From the IMG/VR virus record IMGVR_UViG_3300047445_000153, positions 1 to 64,000 of that record: DNA of 64,000 nt; one strand, given 5' to 3'. Positions 38,009 to 47,405 of the stretch are shown here, in pieces. The position numbers and the translations under genes are program-made. Under the pieces are notes generated by a model that had not been told where the DNA came from, did no database searches, and was given only the letters and a program-made list of their open reading frames with translations. Origin of the DNA: a virus. How positions within the stretch are numbered: position 1 is the stretch's first letter; every line of letters starts with the position of its first letter.

Positions 38009-41000
38009 CAACGAATACCGGCGTTCCAACAAACCCGGATGGCCAGACACTGGCGCTCGTCGTGGCGCCAGTCCTCTCCACCACGCCGCACGCTGCGAGC
38101 AAGATCCTGTACGGGTCTGGCGCACCTTCGGCTTCCATCGGCGTTGACGGTGACTTCTACCGCAACCTCGACAACGACGACATGTATGGCCCGAAACTGG
38201 CTGGGGCATGGCCGGATGGGTACTCCATCCGCGGCTTCCAGGGGGACCCCGGTCCGGCTGGACCTGCTGGTCTTCTGGACCCCGAACAACTGGACGACAT
38301 CGAGACGTCGGCCGAGGCAGCGGCAGCGAGCGCAGCGGCATCGGCGCAAAGCGCCGTAGCAGCTGCGGCAAGCGCGACGGCGGCGAACACGTCGAAGGTC
38401 GCAGCGGGCACGAGCGCAACAAACGCCGCAGCCTCCGAGACGGCCTCGAACGCGAGCAAGGTCGCGGCAGCAGCGAGCGCAACCGCAGCATCTGGATTCG
38501 CCACGCAGGCTGCATCTAGCAACACTGGTGCGACCACTGCTGCGACAGACTCGGCCGCAAGCGCAACCGCCGCGAACGCCTCGAAGATCGCAGCAGGGAT
38601 CTCGGAAACGAACGCAGCCGCCTCAGCCGTGGCAGCGAACACGTCGAAGGTCGCAGCGGGCGTCTCGGAAGGCAACGCGGCAGCAGCTGCTGTCGCAGCG
38701 GGCATCGCTCGGGATGAAGCACAGACGGCAGCGCAGCAGGCCCTGCAAGGCGCCGCGCCGATCGTGTCCCCTGCTTTCACCGGCAACCCGACCGCACCGA
38801 CACCGGCGACTTCCGACAACGATACTTCGGTCGCGACCACCGCGTTCGTGAAGGCAGCAATCGCAGCAGCGGGTGGTGGCGGCGGCGGCGCAGTGTCGAC
38901 CGTCGCGGGCCGCACGGGCGACATCCTGCTCACAATCGCAGACGTGACGGGCGGCGCACCGCTGGCCTCCCCCACCTTCACGGGAGATCCGAAGGCACCG
39001 ACCCCGGCAACCAGCGACAACGACACGTCGATCGCGACCACCGCGTTCGTGAAAGCGCAGGCCTACGCCCCGCTCTTGTCGCCTGCCCTGACGGGTACGC
39101 CGACTGCACCGACTGCGGCGGCTGGGACCAGCACAACCCAGCTGGCCACCACCGCGTTCGTCACCGCAGCAATGGCAGCGGGCGCAGGCAGCGGCGATGC
39201 GGGTGTGCGCTTCGTCGAGTCGTTCCCCTCGGGCGGCACCGACGACACGACCCAGCTGACCAACGCGCTCGCGTGGCTTCAGGCTGCTCCGCGTCGCACG
39301 CTGGCGATGCAGCACAACAAGGCCTACACGCTCGGCCACCAGATCACGGTGCAAGGCGCGTCGTGGTTCCGCATCGAAGTCAACGGCGCGACCATCAAGG
39401 CAGCGAATGGCATGCCCTGCCAGTTCGGTGACTGGATGCTGAACTTCGTGAGCTGTACGGATGGTGTGATCGTCGACCTGAACTTGGACGGCAACCGCGC
39501 GAACCGCCCGGTGGTCGTTGGTCTGCAAGAGGCACACAACATCCGCGTGTGGAACAACTGCAAGCGCATCACGTTCGTGCGTACCCAGTCCGACAATGGG
39601 TGCTGTGACGGCTTCTACATCGGTGCGGACGACGTGACGAACCTGTCCACGTTCCCGACCGACATCCGGCAGATCGATTGCGGCGCAAACAACTCGTTCC
39701 GCAACGGGCTGTCGCTGATCAACTCGGTCAACTTCGAGGACTACAGAGGCGCCTACAACAACTCGGTCGGCACGGCGCCTGAAGATGGTGTGGATTGCGA
39801 ACCGAACGGTGACGTGGCTTCTGGTGACCTGGGCAACATCAACCCGCGCTTCTACCACACGACGGCCAACGGCAACAGCGGTCTCGGGTTCCAGATCTTC
39901 CTCGACTCCAACCACGGTGTGAAGCTGTACGACGTCACGGCCAGCGGCAACATCTCGGGTGCAGTCAGCGCATTCCGCGGTGGTGTCGAGATCTACGGCA
40001 TCACGCTGGAAGGTAGGCCGGGGATGGATACCGACCGGGGGGTGATCGACTTGGCGGGTGCTGGCGCGGGCTTGAGCGTCATCAAGGACGTCGTGGCGCG
40101 TGACTACATCACGAACGACAACGACCTCCGTCCGATTGTCTTCGTCGACGTCGACGTGGCGGGACCTGTCACGGTCGATAACGTGAAGACGTTCGACTGT
40201 GACTGCCCGATCCTGATTGCCAACTCCCCGGTTGAGCTGGCGCAGAACCTCGAAGCGCATGGCCAGATGGGTGGCTACACCGTCAAGCTGATGGCGGGGG
40301 CTGACCAGTCTACGCTCAAGGGCATCACGGCCCACGACGGCCAGCTGGGCGTGTACGTCAACGCACCGGATGTCTCGGTGAACGACGTGAAGCTCCACAA
40401 TCTGGAAGTCACCGCCCCGTTGATCGTGTTCGACACGGGCGCGCTGCGGCCCTCGCTCGACGGTGTCGAGCTGTTCCAAGACGCGGGCGTGCCGTCCGGC
40501 CAGATCGGGGTGTCCTTCGCACAGGCTCCGGTACGCGCGACCAACATCGTCGGTCACGTGCGGACTGGCACGGCCTGGACGCCGACGACGCTCATCTCGT
40601 TCGCAGGCGGCACCACGGGCTCGCTGATCGCCAACAACTCGCCGTCGACGGTCAGCTCGGGTGTGGCTCCGCTCGCCTCCCCGGCTTTCACTGGCAACCC
40701 CACCGCGCCCACCCCGGCGACGTCCGACAACGATACATCGGTCGCGACGACCGCTTTCGTGAAGGCGGCAATCGCCGCAGCTGGCACGGGTAGTGGCGCA
40801 CCGCTCGACTCCCCGGTCTTCACCGGCAACCCGACCGCACCGACACCGGCCACGTCGGACAACGACACGAGCCTCGCGACGACGGCGTTCGTGAAAGCGC
40901 AGGCGTACGCACCGCTCGCCTCCCCCGCCTTCACCGGCAACCCGACCGCGCCCACTCCGAGCGCTGGTGACAACGACACGTCGGTCGCGACGACGGCCTT

Positions 41001-42222
41001 TGTCACGGCTGCGATCGCAGCTGCGGGCACGGGTGGTGGCGGCACGACCACGGTGCGGCAGACGGCGCTGCGCAACTGGAAGAAGTCGAACACCAGCAAG
41101 ATCGCGGCGCTCATGGGCCGTGGCCAGTCTGGTTTCGGCCGTGGCCGGATCCTCGGCATCGGCGACTCGTTCACGGCGGGGTTCGCGGGAGCAGGCACGT
41201 CCTTCACGAACGGACGCTCGCAGTCGTTCCTCACGCATCTCGCCCGAGCGATGGCCGCACGGGGCATGAAGGCGACGGCGGATTGGGCGGTGGGTGACGG
41301 CAACTCGGGCGACGTGCCGCTGGTCTACGATCCGCGACTGGTGCTCAGCGGGGGTGCGAGCCTGCTGGATACCTCTTTCAAGTGCCTCGGTGGCAGCGGC
41401 TGGACGATGGATGGTACCGGCAACCGGATCACCTTCACGCCGGTGGACGCGGCAGGCGTGGCGATTGCGTTCGACACGGTCGAAGTGCTGGTGATGTGTA
41501 ACAACAACACCGGGGTGTCGGGCAACTTCGACGTGTTCTACAACGGCAATTTCACCACGCCTGCGCAGACGGTCACCAGCAACGACATCATGGGCGTGAA
41601 GAAGGTCACGCTCACGGTGCCCGGTGCGGCTGGCACGACGGCGAACTCGGTGACGTTCCAGCGCAAGACCAATACGACGTTCATCGCGGCGGTCGGCACG
41701 CGGGTTGCATCCAAACCCGGCATCGAGATCATCAACGCGGGTAGCACGGGCACGCCGCTGGCGACGTATGCAGCAGCCCCCGGCTCTACCAGCGGCTCGG
41801 GTGACTCGAACACGTGGAACACGCGTGCAGCGGCGAACGTGCTGATGGACACGAACGCGGTCAACGTGACGTTTATCAACGGCTGGTACAACGACAAGGA
41901 TGCAGCCTCGACGATCGCCGCCACGCAGACGCAGCTCGCCAACCTGATCACCGCCGCGAAGGCTTGGGGTGATGTGGTCTTCATCGGCTACGCGCCGCTC
42001 GACCCGAGCGACACCACGCTGACCCTCTACAACCAGTGGCAGGATGCGATGTATGCGACGTGTATCGCCGCTGACATCCCGATCATCGATCCGCCCGCAC
42101 TGCTGCCGGTGTATGCAACCGGCGTGTCGTACGGGCTGTACGGTGACTCGCTGCACTTGAACGGTTCCGGCCATGCGCTCATCGCGCGATCCATCCTCGA
42201 AGCTATGAGTGACATCGCGTAA
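38005..42222 (+). CDS. tailspike/fibre with beta-helix depolymerase-like and SGNH esterase domains
   Basis: Ala-rich Stf-like stalk; 6 SPxFTGxPTAPT..ATTAFV repeats; GTDDTTQL and DG-rich beta-helix; GDSFT..NAG..N..DSLH SGNH blocks. Confidence 0.85.
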   Translation: MTTNTGVPTNPDGQTLALVVAPVLSTTPHAASKILYGSGAPSASIGVDGDFYRNLDNDDMYGPKLAGAWPDGYSIRGFQGDPGPAGPAGLLDPEQLDDIETSAEAAAASAAASAQSAVAAAASATAANTSKVAAGTSATNAAASETASNASKVAAAASATAASGFATQAASSNTGATTAATDSAASATAANASKIAAGISETNAAASAVAANTSKVAAGVSEGNAAAAAVAAGIARDEAQTAAQQALQGAAPIVSPAFTGNPTAPTPATSDNDTSVATTAFVKAAIAAAGGGGGGAVSTVAGRTGDILLTIADVTGGAPLASPTFTGDPKAPTPATSDNDTSIATTAFVKAQAYAPLLSPALTGTPTAPTAAAGTSTTQLATTAFVTAAMAAGAGSGDAGVRFVESFPSGGTDDTTQLTNALAWLQAAPRRTLAMQHNKAYTLGHQITVQGASWFRIEVNGATIKAANGMPCQFGDWMLNFVSCTDGVIVDLNLDGNRANRPVVVGLQEAHNIRVWNNCKRITFVRTQSDNGCCDGFYIGADDVTNLSTFPTDIRQIDCGANNSFRNGLSLINSVNFEDYRGAYNNSVGTAPEDGVDCEPNGDVASGDLGNINPRFYHTTANGNSGLGFQIFLDSNHGVKLYDVTASGNISGAVSAFRGGVEIYGITLEGRPGMDTDRGVIDLAGAGAGLSVIKDVVARDYITNDNDLRPIVFVDVDVAGPVTVDNVKTFDCDCPILIANSPVELAQNLEAHGQMGGYTVKLMAGADQSTLKGITAHDGQLGVYVNAPDVSVNDVKLHNLEVTAPLIVFDTGALRPSLDGVELFQDAGVPSGQIGVSFAQAPVRATNIVGHVRTGTAWTPTTLISFAGGTTGSLIANNSPSTVSSGVAPLASPAFTGNPTAPTPATSDNDTSVATTAFVKAAIAAAGTGSGAPLDSPVFTGNPTAPTPATSDNDTSLATTAFVKAQAYAPLASPAFTGNPTAPTPSAGDNDTSVATTAFVTAAIAAAGTGGGGTTTVRQTALRNWKKSNTSKIAALMGRGQSGFGRGRILGIGDSFTAGFAGAGTSFTNGRSQSFLTHLARAMAARGMKATADWAVGDGNSGDVPLVYDPRLVLSGGASLLDTSFKCLGGSGWTMDGTGNRITFTPVDAAGVAIAFDTVEVLVMCNNNTGVSGNFDVFYNGNFTTPAQTVTSNDIMGVKKVTLTVPGAAGTTANSVTFQRKTNTTFIAAVGTRVASKPGIEIINAGSTGTPLATYAAAPGSTSGSGDSNTWNTRAAANVLMDTNAVNVTFINGWYNDKDAASTIAATQTQLANLITAAKAWGDVVFIGYAPLDPSDTTLTLYNQWQDAMYATCIAADIPIIDPPALLPVYATGVSYGLYGDSLHLNGSGHALIARSILEAMSDIA

Positions 42223-42252
42223 CAACCCTGTTGTTTCCGTAGTCGTCCGTTT

Positions 42253-42278
42253 GGGAGCCTTCGTGGCTCCCTTTTTTT
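42253..42278 (+). terminator. intrinsic terminator ending late operon
   Basis: GGGAGCC-ttcgt-GGCTCCC-TTTTTTT. Confidence 0.85.
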
Positions 42279-42288
42279 ATGTATGATG

Positions 42289-42394
42289 AACTAGTCGACG
42301 GCCTAGCTAGCTAGCTAGTTTGTTGTCAAGCGTGCGTCTAATCGGGTCAACCTCCATCCACGGAGTTGAACTCCACCGCTCGATAGTCTATCCT
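42289..42394 (+). promoter_or_regulatory. par promoter/operator region
   Basis: (CTAG)4 at 42303-42318; palindrome GGAGTT-G-AACTCC 42362-42374 overlapping TTGAAC-17-TATCCT. Confidence 0.5.
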
Positions 42395-42427
42395 CCTGCA
42401 ACAATCCATCATAACTAGGAGCGCAGG

Positions 42428-43096
42428 ATGACTGTCGTTGCGTTAGCCGTAGAGAAGGGTGGTGTGGGGAAAAGCAACCTGACGGAATCGTTAGCCGCGC
42501 TGCGCGCTGGGTTGAAGTACCGCGTGGCGATCTTGGACCTAGACCGTCAGGCGTCCACCAGCAAGTGGGGCTTGCGAAGAAAGGACACAGGAGGTCTTCC
42601 TCACGTCCACATAGAGAGGGGGGCGGGTGTCGACGAGGTCGTCGTGCTGGAGGACTTTAGGCGTCGGTTGTCGGACCTGAAGCAAGCGTATCAGGACGTG
42701 TTCATTGATGTCGGGGGGCAGGACAACGGGCTGTTCCGCGAAACGCTTTTGTTGGCGGATAAGGTCGTGGCCCCGTTGGTGCCTGGACCCGCAGAAGCCG
42801 ACACAGTCATCGACCTTGCGAACACGCTGCGCGGCATGAGGCAACGCCCGGACGTCCGCGTGGTGCTGAACATGGTCAGCGGGATGCCGAACCTGTTACG
42901 CGTCATGCAAAGCACACTGGACGACCACAAGGATGTCTTGCCGACCGTTGGCTTCACGATCGGTCGGCGCGTCGCGTTCCCGTACGCGAGCGCGGCAGGG
43001 AAGGGCGTGAGCGAGCTGGCCACCCGCAAGGAAGGGTTTGATCCTGCTGCTGCAAATGATCTGCGCAGCCTTTACTTGGAGATTTTCGGAAAATGA
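42428..43096 (+). CDS. parA: ParA family partition ATPase (type Ib)
   Basis: deviant Walker A KGGVGKS, DLDRQAS, FIDVGG; no N-terminal HTH. Confidence 0.92.
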   Translation: MTVVALAVEKGGVGKSNLTESLAALRAGLKYRVAILDLDRQASTSKWGLRRKDTGGLPHVHIERGAGVDEVVVLEDFRRRLSDLKQAYQDVFIDVGGQDNGLFRETLLLADKVVAPLVPGPAEADTVIDLANTLRGMRQRPDVRVVLNMVSGMPNLLRVMQSTLDDHKDVLPTVGFTIGRRVAFPYASAAGKGVSELATRKEGFDPAAANDLRSLYLEIFGK

Positions 43097-43491
43097 GCAC
43101 AGCCCGATTCAACGCGAAGAGCAAGAAGGAGTTTTCCGATCTCGCGCCCGCAGAGGAGGGCGCACAGGCGGCTCCGGAGACCCCACCCGCTACTCAGCCC
43201 TCAGCAGAGCCTCAGCAGCCCGCTGTGGCCCCTCCTGTGCAGCAGCTGGTGGCAAACCACCCTCCTGCGAAACCGCCTTTGACTGCTCCAGCGTTGCCGC
43301 AGGGCTACGTCAAGAAGCGCGGTGTTCGAGACCGTGGCCAGCCGCTGAACGTGTTGATCCCGTCGCCACTGTTCGACAAGCTCCAGCAGACGGCGCGCGA
43401 CCTGGGCGTCACGCAGAAGGACATCGTGGCCAAGGCGATCGAGAAGGAGCTGAAGCTGATCGAGTTCGAACTGGGGCAACCGGGCGGGTGA
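43093..43491 (+). CDS. ParG-like ribbon-helix-helix partition protein
   Basis: coupled to parA; disordered N-terminus; LNVLIPSPLFDKL..GVTQKDIVAKAIE. Confidence 0.75.
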   Translation: MSTARFNAKSKKEFSDLAPAEEGAQAAPETPPATQPSAEPQQPAVAPPVQQLVANHPPAKPPLTAPALPQGYVKKRGVRDRGQPLNVLIPSPLFDKLQQTARDLGVTQKDIVAKAIEKELKLIEFELGQPGG

Positions 43492-43507
43492 CCGTGGATT
43501 TGCCCTA

Positions 43508-43841
43508 TTGGGAGGATTTCCGGGTTGCGTTAGTTCGGAGGAAATGGTTATCCACAAACGCTCGCGCGGGGTTTGTAGACGTTTGTATACGTTTGTAGGA
43601 GGCTGAGACCCTTCACCAGTAAGGCTTTGCTGGGAGCTATTGGGAGGATTTCCAGACGCATTGGGAGAATTTCCAGACGAACTGGGAGGATTTCCGGGTT
43701 GGTGATTGGGAGGATTTCCAGACGAATGCCTGTTATCCACAGGTTTTGCCCGGAAATCCTCCCAGTGACAACGGATCGGGAGGGATGATAATCTAAACCC
43801 TCCCAGTCATCCGGCCTGCGACAACCCGGAAATCCTCCCAA
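43508..43841. repeat. iteron-type plasmid origin: 7 iterons and 2 DnaA boxes
   Basis: TGGGAG(G/A)ATTTCC direct copies near 43509, 43641, 43662, 43683, 43707; inverted copies near 43752 and 43828; TTATCCACA at 43548 and 43733. Confidence 0.9.
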
Positions 43842-44596
43842 TGAAACTCAAGCACGCGAAGGCTGCGATCGATTTAGTCGATCGGCATGTGACCCTGCAT
43901 AACGACCTTGTCGTTGCCTCGCATGGGCTGAAGACCCTGGCTGAACAGCGCATCGTGAAGTCGTGCGCGGCCAAGATCGACTCCGTGCGGCTTGAGAACA
44001 ATCGATACAAGATCAAGCTAAACGCGAGAGAGTATGCAGAGACCTTCGGGCTGGATATGGCCACCGCCTACGAGCAGCTGAAGAGCGGGTGCACAGAGCT
44101 GACTGAGCGGTGGATCGAGTGGTCGGAGACGGTGGTGAAGGAGAGGGGAGTCATCGCGCGGCATAAGGACCGCTGGGTGAGCGGTGCGACGTACGTCGAC
44201 AAGGCGGGTTGGATCGAGCTGCGGTTCACGCCGGAAGCGACGCCGTTCCTGAACGTGCTCCGTGGCAACCACACGACCTACTTGCTGCGGCAGGCTGCGT
44301 CGTTGCGGTCGATCTACTCATGGCGGCTGCTGGAGCTGCTGATGCAGTTCAAGGACACTGGCTGGCGGCAGATGCCGATCAAGGACTTCCTCCGCGCGAT
44401 GGACGCGAAGCCGAGCCATATGCAGAACTTCAAAGATGCTCGGAGGCAGATCATCGAAGTCGCGGTGAAGGAGTTGCAAGAGAAGGACGGGTGGATGATC
44501 GATTGGGATACCGTCCGGGAGGGGCGGAAGGTTGTAGGTATCAAGTTCAACTTCAAACGTGATCCTCAAGGAAAACTGGCCTTCACAGAGGCCTGA
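43841..44596 (+). CDS. plasmid replication initiator (Rep_3 / RepB family)
   Basis: HNDLVVASH.L..EQRI, RWVS..Y..G.IELRFT, LRSIYSWRLLELL, AVKEL, GRKVVGIKF. Confidence 0.92.
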   Translation: MKLKHAKAAIDLVDRHVTLHNDLVVASHGLKTLAEQRIVKSCAAKIDSVRLENNRYKIKLNAREYAETFGLDMATAYEQLKSGCTELTERWIEWSETVVKERGVIARHKDRWVSGATYVDKAGWIELRFTPEATPFLNVLRGNHTTYLLRQAASLRSIYSWRLLELLMQFKDTGWRQMPIKDFLRAMDAKPSHMQNFKDARRQIIEVAVKELQEKDGWMIDWDTVREGRKVVGIKFNFKRDPQGKLAFTEA

Positions 44597-44599
44597 CTT

Positions 44600-44815
44600 A
44601 TGCCAAAGCTTGCCCAGCTCGCTGGCCAACGATTCGGCCGACTGGTCGCGGTCGAGCGTGTACAACCCGAAATCCCGAGGGCTCAATGGCTCTGCGTGTG
44701 TGACTGCGGCGCCACAACTGTCACGTACGCGGAGAACCTTAAACGTGGCCGGACCAAATCCTGCGGGTGCCTCCCTCGGGAACGCGTGCGGATTTTTAAA
44801 CTTCAAAAGACATGA
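44600..44815 (+). CDS. stand-alone N-terminal domain of phage HNH/AP2-type endonucleases (possibly truncated)
   Basis: LAGQRFGRLVAV..WLCVCDCG..NLKRG.TKSCGC with no nuclease domain. Confidence 0.6.
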   Translation: MPKLAQLAGQRFGRLVAVERVQPEIPRAQWLCVCDCGATTVTYAENLKRGRTKSCGCLPRERVRIFKLQKT

Positions 44816-45165
44816 CCCAGACGTTGCAGGAGATGGAGGCTGAGCTGGCCGCGCTGTACGCGAAGGTACAGGCAGAGAAGACGCGCGTACGTACGACCGC
44901 GCTCGAAGGCATTAAAGCCATGCTGGAGTCGGGCACGCTGACGGCTGACGATCTGCGGGAGCTGCTACCCCCACCCCCGCCTCCTGAGCGTCCCAGGCGG
45001 GACTACAGGAGGCCTCCGAAGTATCGCGACCCTGAGAGCGGCGGCACGTGGACGGGGCAGGGGGCCGAGCCGAACTGGATCAAGGGCAAGAACCGAGACC
45101 AGTTCTTGATCGATCAGCGCTCCTCGATCTCGACCAGCTCGGGCTCGAACGTGAAGGGCTCGTAG
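44812..45165 (+). CDS. hns: H-NS family nucleoid-associated protein
   Basis: short coiled coil plus PPKYRDPESGGTWTGQGAEPNWI. Confidence 0.88.
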   Translation: MTQTLQEMEAELAALYAKVQAEKTRVRTTALEGIKAMLESGTLTADDLRELLPPPPPPERPRRDYRRPPKYRDPESGGTWTGQGAEPNWIKGKNRDQFLIDQRSSISTSSGSNVKGS

Positions 45166-45455
45166 GTCACCAGTGTGATGCCCCATGAGCCATTGAGTGG
45201 TGGCCACCCTTCGACCTCGCCGCTGTTGAAGCGCTGCTCGGGGTCGAAGTGTTCAGCGCTCTCGGCCATGAACGTTGCGCAGAACATCTTCAGCACAGCG
45301 TCGAGGGGCGTGTCGTGCCTCAGCCGGTACTCGTGACCACCCCAGAAACTATTGATTTCGAGCAGCTTGTCTTCGGTCAAGATCTCGTGGTCGATCTCGA
45401 CGGTCATCTGGTAGCCGTCAGCGTAGATCAGGTTGTAGCGCTTTTTATTAGTCAT
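45114..45455 (-). CDS. phage protein, DUF2528-like
   Basis: VEIDH..EINSFW..RL..AVLKM..EGWP..GI pattern. Confidence 0.6.
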   Translation of the reverse strand: MTNKKRYNLIYADGYQMTVEIDHEILTEDKLLEINSFWGGHEYRLRHDTPLDAVLKMFCATFMAESAEHFDPEQRFNSGEVEGWPPLNGSWGITLVTYEPFTFEPELVEIEER

Positions 45456-45696
45456 GAAACATCTCCTTGAACGCTTGGCGCTTCGCACGAACCGTCTCTA
45501 GCAACTCGCGCTCTTTCTGTTTGTCCCGCTTGAGCATCGGCGCCCATGCGAGGTAGTGCTCACCGACTTCGCCGATCCACGTGCCGGTGACGAGGATGCC
45601 GCCGACCGTCAGCAGCATGCACTTGGCGAGGCCGTGCTTGGGCTTCTCGTAGGTCCAGGCCACGGTCTGCGCGGCCACGTATTCTTGTGCTGTCAT
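45448..45696 (-). CDS. hypothetical protein
   Basis: coupled small ORF in minus-strand array. Confidence 0.6.
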   Translation of the reverse strand: MTAQEYVAAQTVAWTYEKPKHGLAKCMLLTVGGILVTGTWIGEVGEHYLAWAPMLKRDKQKERELLETVRAKRQAFKEMFHD

Positions 45697-45974
45697 GCCA
45701 CATACTCCTCGAATGAGAGTGCGACGTGCCCGTCCTTGAGGCCGTAGCCCGACTGCACGTGCGTAATGAGAAGGGTCTGGATCCAGCCGGTGTAGATGAG
45801 GGGAGCACCAGCTTGCATCTCCTCGAAGCTGTGCTGCGTCTGGTACAGCTCCAGAACGTCCCCCACCCGATAGCCCCGGTCGTTGAAGCGGATCTCGGCC
45901 CGCTTCAACCCATTGGCGACGTCGTCGAAGGTTTGAGGATCAGCCTTCAACAGATGAATTCTGCGTGTGGTCAT
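45693..45974 (-). CDS. ASCH/PUA-like protein (DUF3850)
   Basis: HLLK..F..V..G.KRAEIRFNDRGYRVGD.LEL. Confidence 0.8.
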   Translation of the reverse strand: MTTRRIHLLKADPQTFDDVANGLKRAEIRFNDRGYRVGDVLELYQTQHSFEEMQAGAPLIYTGWIQTLLITHVQSGYGLKDGHVALSFEEYVA

Positions 45975-46181
45975 CTAATCTTCCTCCCTGAACGCTGTGC
46001 GCCGCGCGTGATGGCTCACTTCGAACCAGCCGCCGCAGCGGTGTTTGAACTGCTCGCCTTTGAAGTCACCCGCTTCCAGCTCACCGAGCTGGTTGCAGTG
46101 CGGGCAGTACACGTAGATGTCATTGCTGTTGCTCTCACGGTGATACTCCTTCACCGTGAGGATTTCGTCGGTTACGCTCAT
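45975..46181 (-). CDS. small Zn-ribbon protein
   Basis: CPHC..HRCGGWFEV. Confidence 0.55.
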   Translation of the reverse strand: MSVTDEILTVKEYHRESNSNDIYVYCPHCNQLGELEAGDFKGEQFKHRCGGWFEVSHHARRTAFREED

Positions 46182-46492
46182 TTGTTCTCCGTCACGATGG
46201 TTTCGGTCTCGTCGCGGCGACAGTTCTTGCCGCAGTTGACCGTGTAGTTGCGATCAGTCGTGACCTTGGCGTTCGGGCAGCTGGTGAAGAAGTGATCCGT
46301 TCTATCAACCCGGAAGGCGTAAACCTTGCAGCCGTCCGCTTCACGGATCACGTGCGGCGTAGCCTCGCGCTTTTCGTCAGCTCTGCGCTGGCGTTCGCTC
46401 TCCTGATGCCACTCGGACTGGTCGCAGCGGTACAGGCCGAAGCCAACAAGACCGATCACCCCGATGGTGATAGTGAAGTCTTTCCAGCTCAT
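46178..46492 (-). CDS. hypothetical membrane-anchored protein
   Basis: N-terminal hydrophobic segment; DGCKVY, CGKNC. Confidence 0.6.
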   Translation of the reverse strand: MSWKDFTITIGVIGLVGFGLYRCDQSEWHQESERQRRADEKREATPHVIREADGCKVYAFRVDRTDHFFTSCPNAKVTTDRNYTVNCGKNCRRDETETIVTENK

Positions 46493-47061
46493 GCTGCCTC
46501 CGTGACGTGTGGTTTGCGCTTACGCACCGTGCCAGACGGCGACATGTAAAGCTCGTCTTGCGCGGCGCGCAGCAGGTTGAACTTGCGGTGTGCGTGGTGC
46601 TCGACATCGACGCCCGCGACGTACTCCAGATCGCGCAGGCACAGCAGCACGTCGGCCGCTTCACCACCGACTTCCTTCGCGTCGTACTCCTCGGATACCT
46701 CGCTCGGGAACACGGTCTTGCCCGTCACGCGCGAAGCCTTCAACGCCTGATTGGCCAGCGAGTCGCCGACAACCAGATGGATTGCGCCGGGGTGCGCGCC
46801 CGTGGCCAGACACAGCTCGACACACTCTTCGAGCGCACGCATTGCGATGGCCTGGGGCGTGCGCCTCGGGACGTCGAACCGCGTGCCGATGAAGTCGACG
46901 AAGAGACCGATGTCGTCCGGCCGCACTTGATACTTCTGGAGGAACGACTGGAGTTTGACGCGCGTCTCGCGAACGGCCTTGCACATCTCTCCGGTCTTGT
47001 TGGCCTTATCGGCGATGTGGTCGACCATCTCAAGGACTCGACCGATGGCTGCGGGTGTCAT
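46489..47061 (-). CDS. MazG-like NTP pyrophosphohydrolase domain protein
   Basis: RALEECVEL..GEAADVLLCL..GVDV..KF. Confidence 0.6.
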   Translation of the reverse strand: MTPAAIGRVLEMVDHIADKANKTGEMCKAVRETRVKLQSFLQKYQVRPDDIGLFVDFIGTRFDVPRRTPQAIAMRALEECVELCLATGAHPGAIHLVVGDSLANQALKASRVTGKTVFPSEVSEEYDAKEVGGEAADVLLCLRDLEYVAGVDVEHHAHRKFNLLRAAQDELYMSPSGTVRKRKPHVTEAA

Positions 47062-47168
47062 GCTTTCCTCACGAAATGTTTTTCAGACGGCAGACAACAC
47101 TTCTGTCCGGCTTCGAGTTCCCGCGTGCACCACCAGCAACGGTGGTCGTAGCGACAGAGCTTCATGGT

Positions 47169-47360
47169 TCACTCCGGTCGGGTGAACTCGCGCTTGGGCC
47201 AGACACGGATCACCGGCATGTGATTGCCGGTGGCGAGCGGTTCCAGTGGCTCGCGGGTGACTTCGAAGTTCACGCCATGCTTGTCTGCGTAGTCGACCAG
47301 ATCAGCAATTGTCGAGATGATCACGCGCTCGACTGCCGGGTCAATAAGGACGTTCTTCAT
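47169..47360 (-). CDS. hypothetical protein
   Basis: small ORF in array. Confidence 0.5.
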   Translation of the reverse strand: MKNVLIDPAVERVIISTIADLVDYADKHGVNFEVTREPLEPLATGNHMPVIRVWPKREFTRPE

Positions 47361-47405
47361 AGGATGCCTAATGAAAAGTTGATCATCGGTATTATGTCTA
47401 GTCGC

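Noticed and set aside
38623-42225. 1200-aa antisense ORF over the tailspike
   Set aside because: Shadow frame caused by high GC3 codon bias; Arg/Val-rich, no motifs or RBS
43508-43841. Repeats as a possible CRISPR array
   Set aside because: Short units, both orientations, irregular short spacing, DnaA boxes and adjacent Rep gene identify them as iterons; no cas genes
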